NCBI GenBank assembly: GCA_963758525.1
Contig: CAVWVQ010000003.1
Location: 1,632,001-1,696,000 of the forward strand
Source of the DNA: an uncultured Phycisphaerales bacterium
GTDB taxonomy: Bacteria; Planctomycetota; Phycisphaerae; Tepidisphaerales; Tepidisphaeraceae
DNA: 64,000 bases
Direction of reading: 5' to 3'
Each line of letters begins with the position of its first letter. The first letter of the stretch is position 1. Made by a program: the position numbers and the translations under genes. Positions 22,192-33,029 of the stretch are shown in pieces. Under the pieces are notes generated by a model that was given only the letters and a program-made list of their open reading frames with translations, had not been told where the DNA came from and did no database searches.

Positions 22192-22776
22192 TTACTTCGC
22201 CGGCTGACCCGTTGCGAGCCGTGCGCAGTGCTCGAAGAGAGTTTGCCATTCGATCTGCTGAAACCGCAGGGCGGCGGCGTACCGCGCGTCGCGTGCGTTG
22301 CCGTGGACGGATTCGACCAGATCTGCCAAAGCGCTGCCCTCCCAGTTGCCGGAGGTCAATCGACGGATCAGGCGATCATCCGCGGCGTCTCCCGCCGCCG
22401 AAGCGGCCAGTGCCGCCAGTGACTTGTTCACTTCATGCGTTCGGCAGCGTGCATACCAATACTTGGCGTTGGAGAAGTCTCCTTCCCGGCGGTGCACGAT
22501 CGCGTGCCAGAACGATCCGGTCGGGGAGGCGATGTCCTGTGCCAGCCGATGAGCTTCATCCAATGCCTCATGCCCGAGCCACAGGCCGGCCAGAACGGCG
22601 CTGGCGTTTTGCGCGTCGCGAACCGCAGTTTGAAACAACTGCGATGGGATCACGCCCGACAGCAGCGAGCGAGCGGCGGGTGACGTCGGCGCTGAAATGA
22701 CAAGCGCGCCGGGCTCGCTCAAGGGCTTGTGTGCCAACGCGATCGCGAGCGGAGAGAGAACATTGGTGAGCGGCAT
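22192..22776 (-). CDS. conserved hypothetical protein
   Basis: FWHAIVHRREGDFSNAKYW motif. Confidence 0.75.
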   Translation of the reverse strand: MPLTNVLSPLAIALAHKPLSEPGALVISAPTSPAARSLLSGVIPSQLFQTAVRDAQNASAVLAGLWLGHEALDEAHRLAQDIASPTGSFWHAIVHRREGDFSNAKYWYARCRTHEVNKSLAALAASAAGDAADDRLIRRLTSGNWEGSALADLVESVHGNARDARYAAALRFQQIEWQTLFEHCARLATGQPAK

Positions 22777-23016
22777 GTCCGCATTCTAAATGACCTTCGG
22801 CCTTCTGGAGAAGCCGAGAATGTCGCGTGTCGCACGGACAAAACGTCAGCCGTCTCGCTCCCCAGCCTGATTGAACAGGCAGTTTCTCCGCAAGCATGAG
22901 GCCGCTGCACGTGCGAGGAGCCGGTTTCTGGAAATTCGCTGATCCCCTCGGGTCCTCGGCACGGGATTTACTCAGTCAATCTTGTGTGGGTGCATCAAAA
23001 CTAAGGAGAACTGATC

Positions 23017-23472
23017 ATGTTTCGTCGAACTATTGTCTTATTGAGCGCGGTGGCTTTGAGTGGTTGCGCTGCTATGAACGGCCCCACTACACAGACCTCC
23101 GAAGCCGATCGCGCCGCGGTCTCGCGGCCGACGTCAGAAGAGTTGGCGGCGTACGCGGGGCACGCGAAGTTCCCGGCAGACGAGACGCCGAAGAACGACC
23201 TGCAGGTCGCATCGATCATCAGCCCCGACAAGAGCACGATCAAAATCTACAACTTCAGCGGCGATTCGCTTCGCGACGTCGACGTATGGGTCAATGGGTC
23301 GTATGTGCAACACGTCTCGGGCATTTCCCCGCAATCCAGCGTGCTGATTCACGTCGATGAGCTGTACAACGGTCTGGGCAAGAGCTTTTCCAGCCAAAGC
23401 GAGCCGGTGAGTCGCGTGCAAATTGCGACCGATCACGGGCTCTACACGACGTGGGGTCCGGCGTCCGACTAA
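23017..23472 (+). CDS. lipoprotein, paralogue 1
   Basis: RBS aaggag, lipobox LSGC. Confidence 0.75.
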   Translation: MFRRTIVLLSAVALSGCAAMNGPTTQTSEADRAAVSRPTSEELAAYAGHAKFPADETPKNDLQVASIISPDKSTIKIYNFSGDSLRDVDVWVNGSYVQHVSGISPQSSVLIHVDELYNGLGKSFSSQSEPVSRVQIATDHGLYTTWGPASD

Positions 23473-23503
23473 AAGCAATCCTTGGATCAATATCGCGCCA
23501 GTC

Positions 23504-23570
23504 CGTACGCAGCCCCGGATGTACATCCGGGGCTTCTTACATCCGGGGCCTCTTGCGTCGGGCTTACGCA
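23504..23570. repeat. REP-like palindrome cluster
   Basis: agccccggatgtacatccggggct plus a partial duplicate. Confidence 0.6.
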
Positions 23571-23672
23571 ATTCTCTCAACTTCCTCCGCGGGACCGTCC
23601 GATAACTCGAATGGACGGCCTTTCGCGCTCGAACGGGCCGGCGTCGATTCCGATTTCTCCGGAGGCAGAATC

Positions 23673-24131
23673 ATGAAGTTGCACGTTTGTATTGCACTGC
23701 TGGGCGTGGGCCTGACGCTGGGCTGCTCGGGCCGCCCGTCGGTCATTCCCAACTCCGACCCCGAGTTGCGGAAGACGATGGCCGAGCTGTCGGCGGACGC
23801 AGCCAAGCGCCATCCCTACAAGGGCGACGTGCCGCGCGGCGGCGAGGCGCTGGCCCGGGCCAGTGTCGACTACACGTTCAAGACTATCCAGATCCTCAAC
23901 TATTCCGACATCGACTGGGAAGATGTCGAAATCTGGGTGAATCAGAACTACGTGCTGTACGTTCCGAAAATTCCCCACGGCAAGGAGGGAGCGAAGACGC
24001 TGGATTTCCAAATGTTTTTTGACGACAAGGGGGAGTATTTCTGGACTCAGAGCGGCAAAGTCAAAATCGACCAGCTTGAAATGCTTCGCGATGGGAAACT
24101 GTACACGATCAAAATGGCGCCTGCCGACTGA
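23673..24131 (+). CDS. lipoprotein, paralogue 2
   Basis: RBS ggagg, lipobox TLGC. Shares N(F/Y)S-x5-DV-x2-WVN-x2-YV with 23017-23472. Confidence 0.75.
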   Translation: MKLHVCIALLGVGLTLGCSGRPSVIPNSDPELRKTMAELSADAAKRHPYKGDVPRGGEALARASVDYTFKTIQILNYSDIDWEDVEIWVNQNYVLYVPKIPHGKEGAKTLDFQMFFDDKGEYFWTQSGKVKIDQLEMLRDGKLYTIKMAPAD

Positions 24132-24203
24132 TCGCGGTTTCAAAAGGTCATCAGATGAGCCGCGGAAGCGCCTTGGAGGGTGCGCCGCGGCTTTTCTGTT
24201 TGC

Positions 24204-24491
24204 TCAATCCTCGTATTGATCGGCGTCGTCGTCGCCGGATGCTTCACCCGCGGTCGGCTGCTCCGCAAAGTAGGTGAAGACGCTGCGCACGTAACGCACG
24301 CACTGGACCTTGTGCAACTCGTGGACGCGGGCAGCCTCGACAGACCCTTCGACGACGCTGTTGTCGTTGTCGACCGATTGAACGGACAACCCGGCCGTCT
24401 TCAGCGTTTGCACGACCTGCTGGGTCTGCTCGTCGGTCAGATCGTCGAGCACCACGATCACGTCCGTCATTTCGATTTCAGGTGATTTCAT
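24204..24491 (-). CDS. small acidic hypothetical protein
   Basis: RBS ggag before ATG 24491 and host-like codon usage. Confidence 0.65.
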   Translation of the reverse strand: MKSPEIEMTDVIVVLDDLTDEQTQQVVQTLKTAGLSVQSVDNDNSVVEGSVEAARVHELHKVQCVRYVRSVFTYFAEQPTAGEASGDDDADQYED

Positions 24492-24752
24492 GTTCTTCTC
24501 CGGCCGGCAATTTACCGGGGAAAGCATCAATTTCGCAAACAATCCGGCGTTTCCCGTGGCTTGCGCGTTGCTGAAAATCGTGGGGTGAGGGGGAAAAGCA
24601 AAGGCCCGGAAAGTGTCACGCACCCAAAATCGTGTGAGGAGGGTGTGGAAGCGGTTGACAACCCAGCGTCGGCAAACGTACCTTGCGCCTGCTTTGCGGC
24701 GATCGGCATCCGTCCCTCGATTTTTGGATTTTGTTAGCATCGGCGGCCAGCT

Positions 24753-26078
24753 ATGCGCGTCTTCATGCTCGGCTGGGAGTTCCCTCCCTTTATCAGCGGC
24801 GGTCTGGGGACTGCCTGCTATGGCCTCACCAAGGCCATGAGCGCGCTGGGAACCGACGTGATGTTCGTCCTGCCTCGGCCGGTCTCCACCCCCTTTTCAA
24901 CCCATGTGCGGCTGGTGAGCCCGCAGCGCGGCTCGGCGCTGGCATCACCGGACACGGAGATGCGGCTCGATGAGTTTGAACGCGTCACCTTTCGGACCGT
25001 CAATGCGGATATCACGGATCCTTATCAATCAGCCGCCAGCCGCGCTCAGCAACGGTCGCGGACGAGCAACTTCGGTGCGACCAACCCGGCGGAAGCCGGC
25101 GCGGGCAAATCGGGCTTCCTTGGGCCGAATAAGCCGGCGGGGTATGCCGGTGATCTGTTTGCCGAGGTGCAGCGTTATGCGACCCTGGCGGCGGAGATCG
25201 CCCGCCAGGAATCCTTCGACGTGATTCACGCGCACGATTGGATGACTTTTCCCGCGGGTCTTGCGGTTTCGGGCATCAAGGGCGTGCCGTTGGTCGTGCA
25301 TGTCCACTCCACGGAATTTGACCGCAGCGGCGCGCACGTCGATCAGCGCATTTACGATATCGAACGCCGCGGCATGCACGGCGCGATCAAAGTCATTGCC
25401 GTCAGCTATCTGACGAAAAATCAGATCACCCATCAATTCGGAATCGATCCGGGCAAGGTCGAAGTGGTCTACAACGCGATCGAAGCCAACGGGGAAGGAT
25501 TCGATCAGGAGAAGTTCAGCATCACCAAGGATGAGAAGATCGTTCTGTTCCTCGGCCGCATCACCATGCAGAAAGGCCCCGAATATTTTCTCGCCGCGGC
25601 AAAAAAGGTGCTTGAGGTGATGGACAACGTCAAGTTCGTCATGGCCGGCAGCGGCGACATGATCCGCCGCACCATCGAGATGGCCGCCGAGCTGGGGATC
25701 GGCCACAAGGTTCTCTTCACCGGCTTCCTTCGTGGGGGCGATGTCGAAAAAGTCTTCAGGATGGCGGATCTGTACGTGATGCCGTCGGTCAGCGAGCCGT
25801 TTGGCATCGCTCCGCTGGAGGCAATGAGCCACGACGTTCCCGTCATCATCTCAAAGCAGTCGGGCGTCAGCGAGGTGCTCACCCACGCGCTGAAGGTCGA
25901 TTTCTGGGACGTCACCGAAATGGCGAATAAGATCATCGCCGTCCTCAAGCACCCGCCCCTGGCCGCCACGCTCCGCCAGCACGGGAGCTTCGAAGTGCGG
26001 CGGCTGAGCTGGAACGACGCCGCCCGGGCGTGCGTGCAGGTGTATGAGCAGGCGCTGACGCTGACGGGCAGGCGCTGA
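24753..26078 (+). CDS. glycosyltransferase family 4
   Basis: WEFPPFISGGLG, IHAHDW, QKGPEYF, PSVSEPFGIAPLEAM. Confidence 0.92.
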   Translation: MRVFMLGWEFPPFISGGLGTACYGLTKAMSALGTDVMFVLPRPVSTPFSTHVRLVSPQRGSALASPDTEMRLDEFERVTFRTVNADITDPYQSAASRAQQRSRTSNFGATNPAEAGAGKSGFLGPNKPAGYAGDLFAEVQRYATLAAEIARQESFDVIHAHDWMTFPAGLAVSGIKGVPLVVHVHSTEFDRSGAHVDQRIYDIERRGMHGAIKVIAVSYLTKNQITHQFGIDPGKVEVVYNAIEANGEGFDQEKFSITKDEKIVLFLGRITMQKGPEYFLAAAKKVLEVMDNVKFVMAGSGDMIRRTIEMAAELGIGHKVLFTGFLRGGDVEKVFRMADLYVMPSVSEPFGIAPLEAMSHDVPVIISKQSGVSEVLTHALKVDFWDVTEMANKIIAVLKHPPLAATLRQHGSFEVRRLSWNDAARACVQVYEQALTLTGRR

Positions 26079-26103
26079 CGCTGACGGGCAGGCGCTGACG
26101 CTG
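26048..26103. repeat. 20-bp tandem repeat (about 2.8 copies) across the GT4 stop codon
   Basis: gcaggcgctgacgctgacgg repeated. Confidence 0.85.
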
Positions 26104-26324
26104 CTGTTTACAGCGGGAATTCGATGACGAAGTCCCAATCCTCGAATCAAAGAATCAAATCCGAATGTCGAAGTCCGAAGCTCGAAGCAAAATGCGGGAT
26201 GTCCCCACACCCTCTCTCCCGTTTCGAATTTCTTCATTCGAGTTTCGAGCTTGATTCGAGGATTCGAGCTTCGACATTCGAACTTCCCGCGATTACCCGG
26301 ACATGGCTACCCGCCCCATCGGCG

Positions 26325-26836
26325 TCACCGCGCCGATCGTAACGCCAGAATTAGCTCAATCTCCCCATCCTGCCGGCCGAGCTGCGCGGCGATCTCGCGC
26401 GGCGATCGTCCCTCGTCGGCAAGCGAGTAGATTTCCGAGTGCGCCGCCTCGACCGGCACCTCGGGCGCTTTGGATCGCGGCGCGATCGGAGCCGCCATCG
26501 CGTACGGCGACACTCTGGTCCCCTGCGTCATTTCACGTAGCTGGGCGATTTTTTCGTCCGCTTCCTTGATCAGCAGTTCCAGCTTCGCGGACCGCGTGTC
26601 GATCTGCGCGGTGATTTGCCGGGCCATGGCGGAGAGCTCCACCAGCAAATTTGACATGTCGCGCTCAACCGCCCGTTGCCCCGCAAGGCTGCCGGGCGCG
26701 CGCGCTTCGCCAGCGGATCTTTCCTCCGCGTCATCGGCCGAAAGATGGCATAAGCCATCGTGAGCGCCGCCGCGCCGATGATCAGCCATCGGGTGGTGGG
26801 ATCGATCGTCTGAATTTGCAGCAACAATGCCGTCAT
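26325..26836 (-). CDS. membrane-anchored coiled-coil protein with C-terminal HTH (DUF2802-like), frameshifted near 26690
   Basis: N-terminus in ORF 26570-26836. C-terminus EIYSLADEGRSPREIAAQLG...GEIELILALR in ORF 26325. Confidence 0.6.
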
Positions 26837-27050
26837 GAAGTATGCCGCGTTGCATCCTGCCGCACAGGTGCGGGGGATTCAAGCAGGGATGACAGGGGCG
26901 AGCGAAGAAAATGCCGTGACTGCGACTGTAAGAACCCGACGAATTTGATTCAGGGATTCTGGTTTCGTCATTCGGGCTTACTCCAATGACTCCCCTTGTG
27001 CGGCACGGATCGGTAGAATCCCTCTCCGCTCCGCAGAAAGGACCCAAACA

Positions 27051-28622
27051 GTGTCTTCCAAGCGTCCAATGGTGCTGATCGTTCGTGACGGATGGGGAAA
27101 GAACCCGTACCCGCAGTGGAATCAGGCGAACGCGGTCTATCTCGCCAGGCATCCGGTGGCAGACCGTCTGCTGGCGGAATTTCCCAGCACGTTGATTCAC
27201 ACCAGCGGATTCGACGTCGGGCTTCCTGAAGGAACGATGGGCAACAGCGAGGTTGGACATCAGAACATCGGAGCCGGGCGGATCGTCGACCAGGAATCGG
27301 TCAATATCACCAAGCAGATTCGCAACGGCCAATTTTACGACAACGTCGAGCTCAATGCCGCGGTCTCGCACGCGTTGCAGAAACAATCGACGCTTCATCT
27401 GTTCGGCATCGTTTCCGACGCGGGCGTTCACGGACTGCTGGAGCACCTGTACGGCTGTCTCGAGCTCTGTCGGCGACGGGGATTGTCGCGCGTGTTTCTC
27501 CACGCTTTTACTGATGGCCGCGATACTTCACCCAACTCGGGCCGGGGATATGTGCGCGAGGTCGAAGCGAAGATGAACACGCTGGGCGTGGGAAAAGTCG
27601 CCACCGTCACCGGGCGCTACTATGCGATGGATCGCGACAACCGCTGGCCGCGCGTCGAAAAAGCGTATCGCGCCATCGCGCAGGGGCTGGGGGCGAAGTT
27701 TCGCTCGGCTGATGACGCGATCACTCACTACTACGCGAACCCGCTCGAGCCGAACATGAGCGGGGACGAGTTTGTGGCTCCGTCGATTATCGGTGATGAC
27801 GGGGTGACGCCGCGCGCGGTCGTCGCGGCAGACGACGCGGTGCTTTTTTACAACTACCGCGGCGACCGGCCGCGCGAGCTGACCAAAGCTTTTGTGCTCG
27901 ACGATTTTACCGGCTTCGATCGCGGGCCGAAGCTTCCCCTGCATTACTGCACGATGACCGCATACGAGCAAGGCCTGCCGGTCCACGTGGCCTATCCCAA
28001 GCCGCCCAAAATGGTGAACATTCTCGGCCAGCTCATTTCCGACATGGGATTGCGGCAATTCCGCTGCGCTGAGACGGAGAAATTTCCGCACGTCACGTTC
28101 TTCTTCAATGACTATCGCGAAGCGCCGTTCCCCGGAGAAGATCGCCACATGATTCCGTCGGTGCAGGTCAGCACCTACGACCAGATGCCGGAGATGAGCG
28201 CCTATGGAATCTGCGACGAGGTGGTCCGGCGGGTGGATTCGGCCGTCTACGATCTGATCGTCGTCAACTTCGCGAATTGCGACATGGTGGGCCATACCGG
28301 CGTGCTGCCGGCGGCGGTGCGCGCGGTCGAACACGTGGACATCTGCGTCGGGCGCGTGCTGGAGGCCGTCTCCAGGCAAAATGGCTCGGCGATCGTCACC
28401 GCGGATCACGGCAACTGCGAGCAGATGATCGATCCCGCGACCGGCGGCCCCCACACCGCCCACACGACGTATGACGTGGAGTGCATCCTTGTCGATCCGC
28501 GACTGCCGGGCAAGAAGCTCGGCGAGGGCCGTCGGCTTGCCGACCTCGCGCCGACGGCGCTGGAAATCATGGGCCGTCCGATTCCCGCCGAAATGAACGG
28601 GCGGTCGCTGCTGCAAACGTAG
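27051..28622 (+). CDS. gpmI: 2,3-bisphosphoglycerate-independent phosphoglycerate mutase
   Basis: MGNSEVGH, GRYYAMDRD, AETEK, DMVGHTG, TADHGN. Confidence 0.97.
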   Translation: MSSKRPMVLIVRDGWGKNPYPQWNQANAVYLARHPVADRLLAEFPSTLIHTSGFDVGLPEGTMGNSEVGHQNIGAGRIVDQESVNITKQIRNGQFYDNVELNAAVSHALQKQSTLHLFGIVSDAGVHGLLEHLYGCLELCRRRGLSRVFLHAFTDGRDTSPNSGRGYVREVEAKMNTLGVGKVATVTGRYYAMDRDNRWPRVEKAYRAIAQGLGAKFRSADDAITHYYANPLEPNMSGDEFVAPSIIGDDGVTPRAVVAADDAVLFYNYRGDRPRELTKAFVLDDFTGFDRGPKLPLHYCTMTAYEQGLPVHVAYPKPPKMVNILGQLISDMGLRQFRCAETEKFPHVTFFFNDYREAPFPGEDRHMIPSVQVSTYDQMPEMSAYGICDEVVRRVDSAVYDLIVVNFANCDMVGHTGVLPAAVRAVEHVDICVGRVLEAVSRQNGSAIVTADHGNCEQMIDPATGGPHTAHTTYDVECILVDPRLPGKKLGEGRRLADLAPTALEIMGRPIPAEMNGRSLLQT

Positions 28623-28734
28623 GGAAACGGTAAGCGTCTGCGCATCGTGTCTTCGACGGGTGTGATCTATAACGGCTTTGACTGCGCCGGCACCAACTCA
28701 TACCATGAAACAGCGATCCGGTCTGGAGTTCTTT

Positions 28735-29076
28735 ATGGACCGTTCAAAGGAAGCTGTCGCGCTGCGTCTGGCCGAGGCGCATTACGCCGTCGAGCCGGGG
28801 ATCGAGCTCATCATTCAACTTCTAGCTTCCCCTGAGCGCGAGGCCGATCCCAAGGAGCCGATCAAGCTGCTGGAAGTGAACCCGGACACGACGGCCAGCG
28901 GCATTCATCCGCTGTTCTTCGGCCCCCATGCCGCCAGCGGCATCTTTCATCCCTCGGTCATCGTCGAGATCACACCCGACGAATACGAACAAATTCAACG
29001 CGATCCCTCCTTGTTGCCCAACGGGTGGCGGCTGGGCCAAAATTTCGCCAGACCGGTACCGGCGGCGCAGGGATGA
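28735..29076 (+). CDS. hypothetical protein (possible TA-type module component)
   Basis: RBS ggag, EPIKLLEVN motif. Stop overlaps the next ATG. Confidence 0.65.
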   Translation: MDRSKEAVALRLAEAHYAVEPGIELIIQLLASPEREADPKEPIKLLEVNPDTTASGIHPLFFGPHAASGIFHPSVIVEITPDEYEQIQRDPSLLPNGWRLGQNFARPVPAAQG

Positions 29077-29174
29077 TCCCCTACGACGAATGGCGCATCG
29101 CCTACGCGAAGCAGGCGGCGGCTGATTTATGCGCCAGGGAGAAACTGCTTTTTCGGCGATCAGCTCCGAGCTAA
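29073..29174 (+). pseudogene. truncated partner gene (MIPYDEWRIAYAKQAAADL...)
   Basis: ATGA-coupled 33-aa ORF that ends just before the duplicated gpmI 3' end. Confidence 0.4.
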
Positions 29175-29270
29175 TTGAACGAGATGTCGTGCGATTCCCG
29201 CCGAAATAAACGGGCCGTCGCTGCTGCAATGAACCTTCTCCGCGGCCTGCCGCGGGGTTATCGTGACGCA

Positions 29271-30467
29271 ATGAAACCGCGCTTCATGCTGGCTGCATGT
29301 CTCCTCCTTTTATCTCCGATCATGGCTCTGGCCGATCACGCTGCTTCGCAACCTGCGGTTTCGCCCTCGCCGGAGGTTGCGGCGCTGCCGGTGATCGCGG
29401 AACTGCCCGATCCATTCTTATTCCAGGATGGATCGCGGGTGAAAACGCCGGAGGAATGGCCGCGACGGTGCGCCGAAATTCTGGAGCTGTTTCTCAAATA
29501 TGAGTACGGGCATCCGCCGATGAGCTTCACTGCAGTGACCGCCACGCAGGACTCCGAGACCGACAATACAGAGATGCATTGCACGGTGGCGAAGCTCAAG
29601 CTGCATGTTGCCGGCGACAGCGGGTTGACGGTGCCGTTGGTGCTGACGATTCCCCAAGGCAGCGGCCCGTTTCCGGTGATCGTCACCGGGGATCTGGGAT
29701 GGGGGGCGGTGAAGCCGGAGATCGTGACGAAGGCGATCGGTCGCGGCTACGCGCTGTGTGAATTTGATCGGACCAACTTCGCGCCGGATTCGTCCGATCG
29801 CAAGCACGGAATTTATCCGCTCGATCCCAGCGCCGACTGCGGCGCGAGCGCCGCATGGGCGTGGGGGTACAGCCGGGTGATCGACTATCTGATCACGCGT
29901 CCCGACATCGACGCGAAGAAAATCATTGCCAGCGGTCACTCGCGCGGCGGGAAAGCCGTTCTGCTGGCGGGGGCCATGGACGAGCGCATGGCGCTGACCA
30001 ATCCCAATGCCTCGGGCGCCGGCGGCGGCGGATGCTTCCGTGTGCAGGGCCAAAAGAGTGAGGATCTCAAGGCGATCGTCACGCGATTCCCATTCTGGTT
30101 CGGCCCGCACTTCTCCGATTTCATCGGTTACGTCGATCGGCTTCCCTTCGATCAGCACGAGCTCAAGGCGATGGTCGCGCCGCGGGCGCTGCTCACCACC
30201 GAATCGCTCGACGACAAGTGGGCGAATCCGTCGGGAACCCAGGCGACTTATGTGGCGTCGAAGGTCGTCTTCGATTTCCTCGGCGCCGCCAGCAAGACGG
30301 GAATCCACTACCGCCACGGTCCCCACGCGCACACCGAAGAAGATTGGACCGCCCTGCTCGATTTCGCGGACGCGCGACTGATGGGAAAGAGCAACGAGGC
30401 GAAGTTTGATGTCCTGCCGTTTCCGGATCAGCCCCCGGCATTTAGCTGGACGGCGCCGGAGAAGTAG
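29271..30467 (+). CDS. secreted CE15 glucuronoyl-esterase-like hydrolase
   Basis: Signal peptide, LPDPF, AWAWG, GHSRGGK, PFDQHEL. Confidence 0.85.
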   Translation: MKPRFMLAACLLLLSPIMALADHAASQPAVSPSPEVAALPVIAELPDPFLFQDGSRVKTPEEWPRRCAEILELFLKYEYGHPPMSFTAVTATQDSETDNTEMHCTVAKLKLHVAGDSGLTVPLVLTIPQGSGPFPVIVTGDLGWGAVKPEIVTKAIGRGYALCEFDRTNFAPDSSDRKHGIYPLDPSADCGASAAWAWGYSRVIDYLITRPDIDAKKIIASGHSRGGKAVLLAGAMDERMALTNPNASGAGGGGCFRVQGQKSEDLKAIVTRFPFWFGPHFSDFIGYVDRLPFDQHELKAMVAPRALLTTESLDDKWANPSGTQATYVASKVVFDFLGAASKTGIHYRHGPHAHTEEDWTALLDFADARLMGKSNEAKFDVLPFPDQPPAFSWTAPEK

Positions 30468-30597
30468 CTTTGCGAAAATCCGAATAACGAAACCAGCCCC
30501 CCACCGCCAGGTGCAAGTCGGGCGCGAGCGATCGCAATGTCGCCAGCGAAGCGTAAGGCTATTGCCAAACGGCGGTCGCGAACCAGCGGAATCAAAA

Positions 30598-31053
30598 CTA
30601 ACCGTTACGACAATCCCATTGACTGATCTGAAATCCGCTTCCCGACCGACTTATCTTAAATCGCTGGCCCGGCGATGCAGTTTCCGCCAGAGCCAAAATG
30701 CTCGGCATTTTTGTGATGATAATTCGCGCGCGTTCGTGGCCTGCCACTTGTGTCAATGATTTTCCTCGCAGAAAGAACCCGGTAATTCTTCGTCGCGGCA
30801 GGATTAGATGCAAGGGTGGACCCTTCGCATGGATCCTAGGCCCGGATCGTCCAACATCGGAAGTGATAACGATCCAATCTTCGGGAGGTGTCAGCACGTT
30901 GGTCCAGTCGCGATCGAGCGCGCCTTGGTGTCCCATATATGTAATCAGGAAATGCGACTCGATCGCAGGGAATTGCAATTTCAGAAATTCCTGAACGACC
31001 TCGGCGCATTTCTTGGTAATGCACTCATCAAGCATCACCCTTATTCGTTTCAC
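30598..31053 (-). CDS. PIN-like toxin (VapC45-like)
   Basis: VMLDECI, DRDW, WIVITSD. Downstream of a DUF433 gene, lower GC. Confidence 0.65.
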   Translation of the reverse strand: MKRIRVMLDECITKKCAEVVQEFLKLQFPAIESHFLITYMGHQGALDRDWTNVLTPPEDWIVITSDVGRSGPRIHAKGPPLHLILPRRRITGFFLRGKSLTQVAGHERARIIITKMPSILALAETASPGQRFKISRSGSGFQISQWDCRNG

Positions 31054-31070
31054 GCAGCGGCCCCCAGCTC

Positions 31071-31744
31071 TTAAGCTGCTCCGCGCAGAAAATCCTCAAA
31101 CCGAAGCGCAACTTTGATGTCTTCAATCGATACGTCACAAATTTTCGCCGCCGCCTCGACAGACCCTTCAGCCAGCACGGAGTTTACAAGAGTTTCAACG
31201 GTGTAATTGCAGCTCTCAACTACTGGAGCACCCATTGGCGGGATGGGTCAAGAACAACACCCACCGCCGATTTTGGGCGATAGGTTCTAACCAATCCATC
31301 TTCGTTGAATGTAACGTCGTCCAAATAAGGAAGTATCACCGGCTCCATCAGATAATGTTTGGCATAGGGACCGGAAGCTTCGACATATGTGCCGTCCGGC
31401 AAACCAAGAACAATCACGTCGCCGAGCCGATAAATTCGTATATCCCTCGCCAGCGGGAAACGGAAACCCATTTCCTCCGCCTTGCTCGCGGTTTGCCGAA
31501 TTCTTTGCAAGCTGGTGTTGTGATTTAGCCGTATGGAACGCACGGCCATCAATTGAACGAGGTCAACAAAGCTGACAACCGCCCCTTCACTTTCAGGCAT
31601 CATTCGCTTTACGGCTGGCCCCCGCGCCGCGCTGGCGTCAAACCATCGCGTGACCGTTTGTGGGCGCAGTCGGGCCAGATACGCAGCTTGCCGTTGCGTA
31701 TAAATCCCTTGGGCAAGAACATCGGCTTCTGCTATCGCGATCAC
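31071..31744 (-). CDS. MerR-like HTH/DUF433 antitoxin (VapB45-like), frameshifted near 31231
   Basis: GIYT..QAAYLA, SFVDLV. One extra G gives DPSRQWGAPVVE...SVEAAA...EDIKVALRFE. Confidence 0.75.
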
Positions 31745-31764
31745 GACGGTTCACCTTCGTAAAC

Positions 31765-31793
31765 ATTATAGGGAAAAACAAAAGAGAATGCAA
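31765..31793 (-). promoter_or_regulatory. sigma70 promoter of the DUF433-PIN operon
   Basis: TTGCAT-17 bp-TATAAT. Confidence 0.7.
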
Positions 31794-31936
31794 GTTGTAA
31801 CTCATTGCTGTGAACAAGTTTGCGCTAAAGTCGGCGCACCGGGGCATTTATGGCAAGAAAATTGGAAGCCGCATCGAGATCACGAAAGATTTTTCATACG
31901 CCACAACTTTGGCTGACCCCAAACAATATCGGCAGC

Positions 31937-32829
31937 TCAACGGAGGACCGCGCGCAGGTTTCCCCTGGCGGAGTCGAGTGACGCGCGGGCTTCGGCTGCG
32001 GAGACGGATCTTTTCTGCATGACGATGGCGACCTTCACATGGCCGTCGGCGCGATCGAGCAAATGCGCCGCGGCCGGGCGATCGATGCCGGTGAGGTTGC
32101 AGACGATGCGCTCGGCGCGGTCGCGCAGCTTGGCGTTGCTGGCGCGGAGATCGACCATCAGGTTCTCGTACACCTTGCCGAGTTGAACCATCGCGAGCGT
32201 GCTGATGGTGTTCAGCACGAGTTTTGTGGCGGTGCCGGCTTTGAGGCGGGTGGAGCCGGTGACGACTTCGGGGCCGGTGAGCGGACGGATGACAATATCG
32301 ACAGAGGCTTCGCCCGCGGCGGGCTGCGCAGGAGAGAAAGATCGTCTTTGCGCCGCGGGCTGCCGCTGACCGAAGCGCGCCGTGAACAAACGGAGTGGTT
32401 CCCCCGGCGGCGATCCCCATCACTACGTCGTTGCCGTCGACTTGCTTTGCATGGATGGCCGCCGAGCCGTCGGCCTCGCTGTCCTCCGCGCCTTCTTGTG
32501 CGCGAAACATCGCCGATTCACCGCCGGCGATGATTCCCTGCACCTGCTGGGGATCGCTGCGAAACGTCGGCGGGCACTCGGATGCGTCCAGCACGCCCAG
32601 CCGCCCGCTTGTGCCGGCGCCGACGTAAATGAGGCGTCCGCCGGCGCAGCGCCGCGGTGACAAGCTCGACTGCGCGCGCGATTGCGGCGCGCTGAGCAAC
32701 GACAGCCGCGACGGCGATCGCATCCTGCGCCTGCATCAGCGCGACGGCTTCTTCGAGCGGCATCGTGTCGAGCATCATCGACTCAGGCAGCCGTTGTTCG
32801 GTGAGAAACTGGGAGCGATCGGTCTGCAC
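31937..32829 (-). CDS. murQ: N-acetylmuramic acid 6-phosphate etherase, two frameshifts
   Basis: [44 protein letters not shown], spread over three frames. Confidence 0.9.
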
Positions 32830-33029
32830 CGCGGCACTGTAACCGACGGCATCGCCTAACGCGTCGTTTGCCGTTAAGCAAGCCTAAAATACCGCACTTT
32901 TTCCGCGATCTTTCTCGCCATCTTTATCATTGCCCGGCTGTGGTTCTGCCGATAAGATTCCCGCGTACGGATGTTCTGCGTTGCCCGTGGTTGAAGGCAG
33001 ATATTTGGTTAAACCTATAATCAACCCTT

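Noticed and set aside
26048..26103. 20-bp tandem repeat as a functional array
   Set aside because: It is a simple slippage duplication at a gene end with no spacers.
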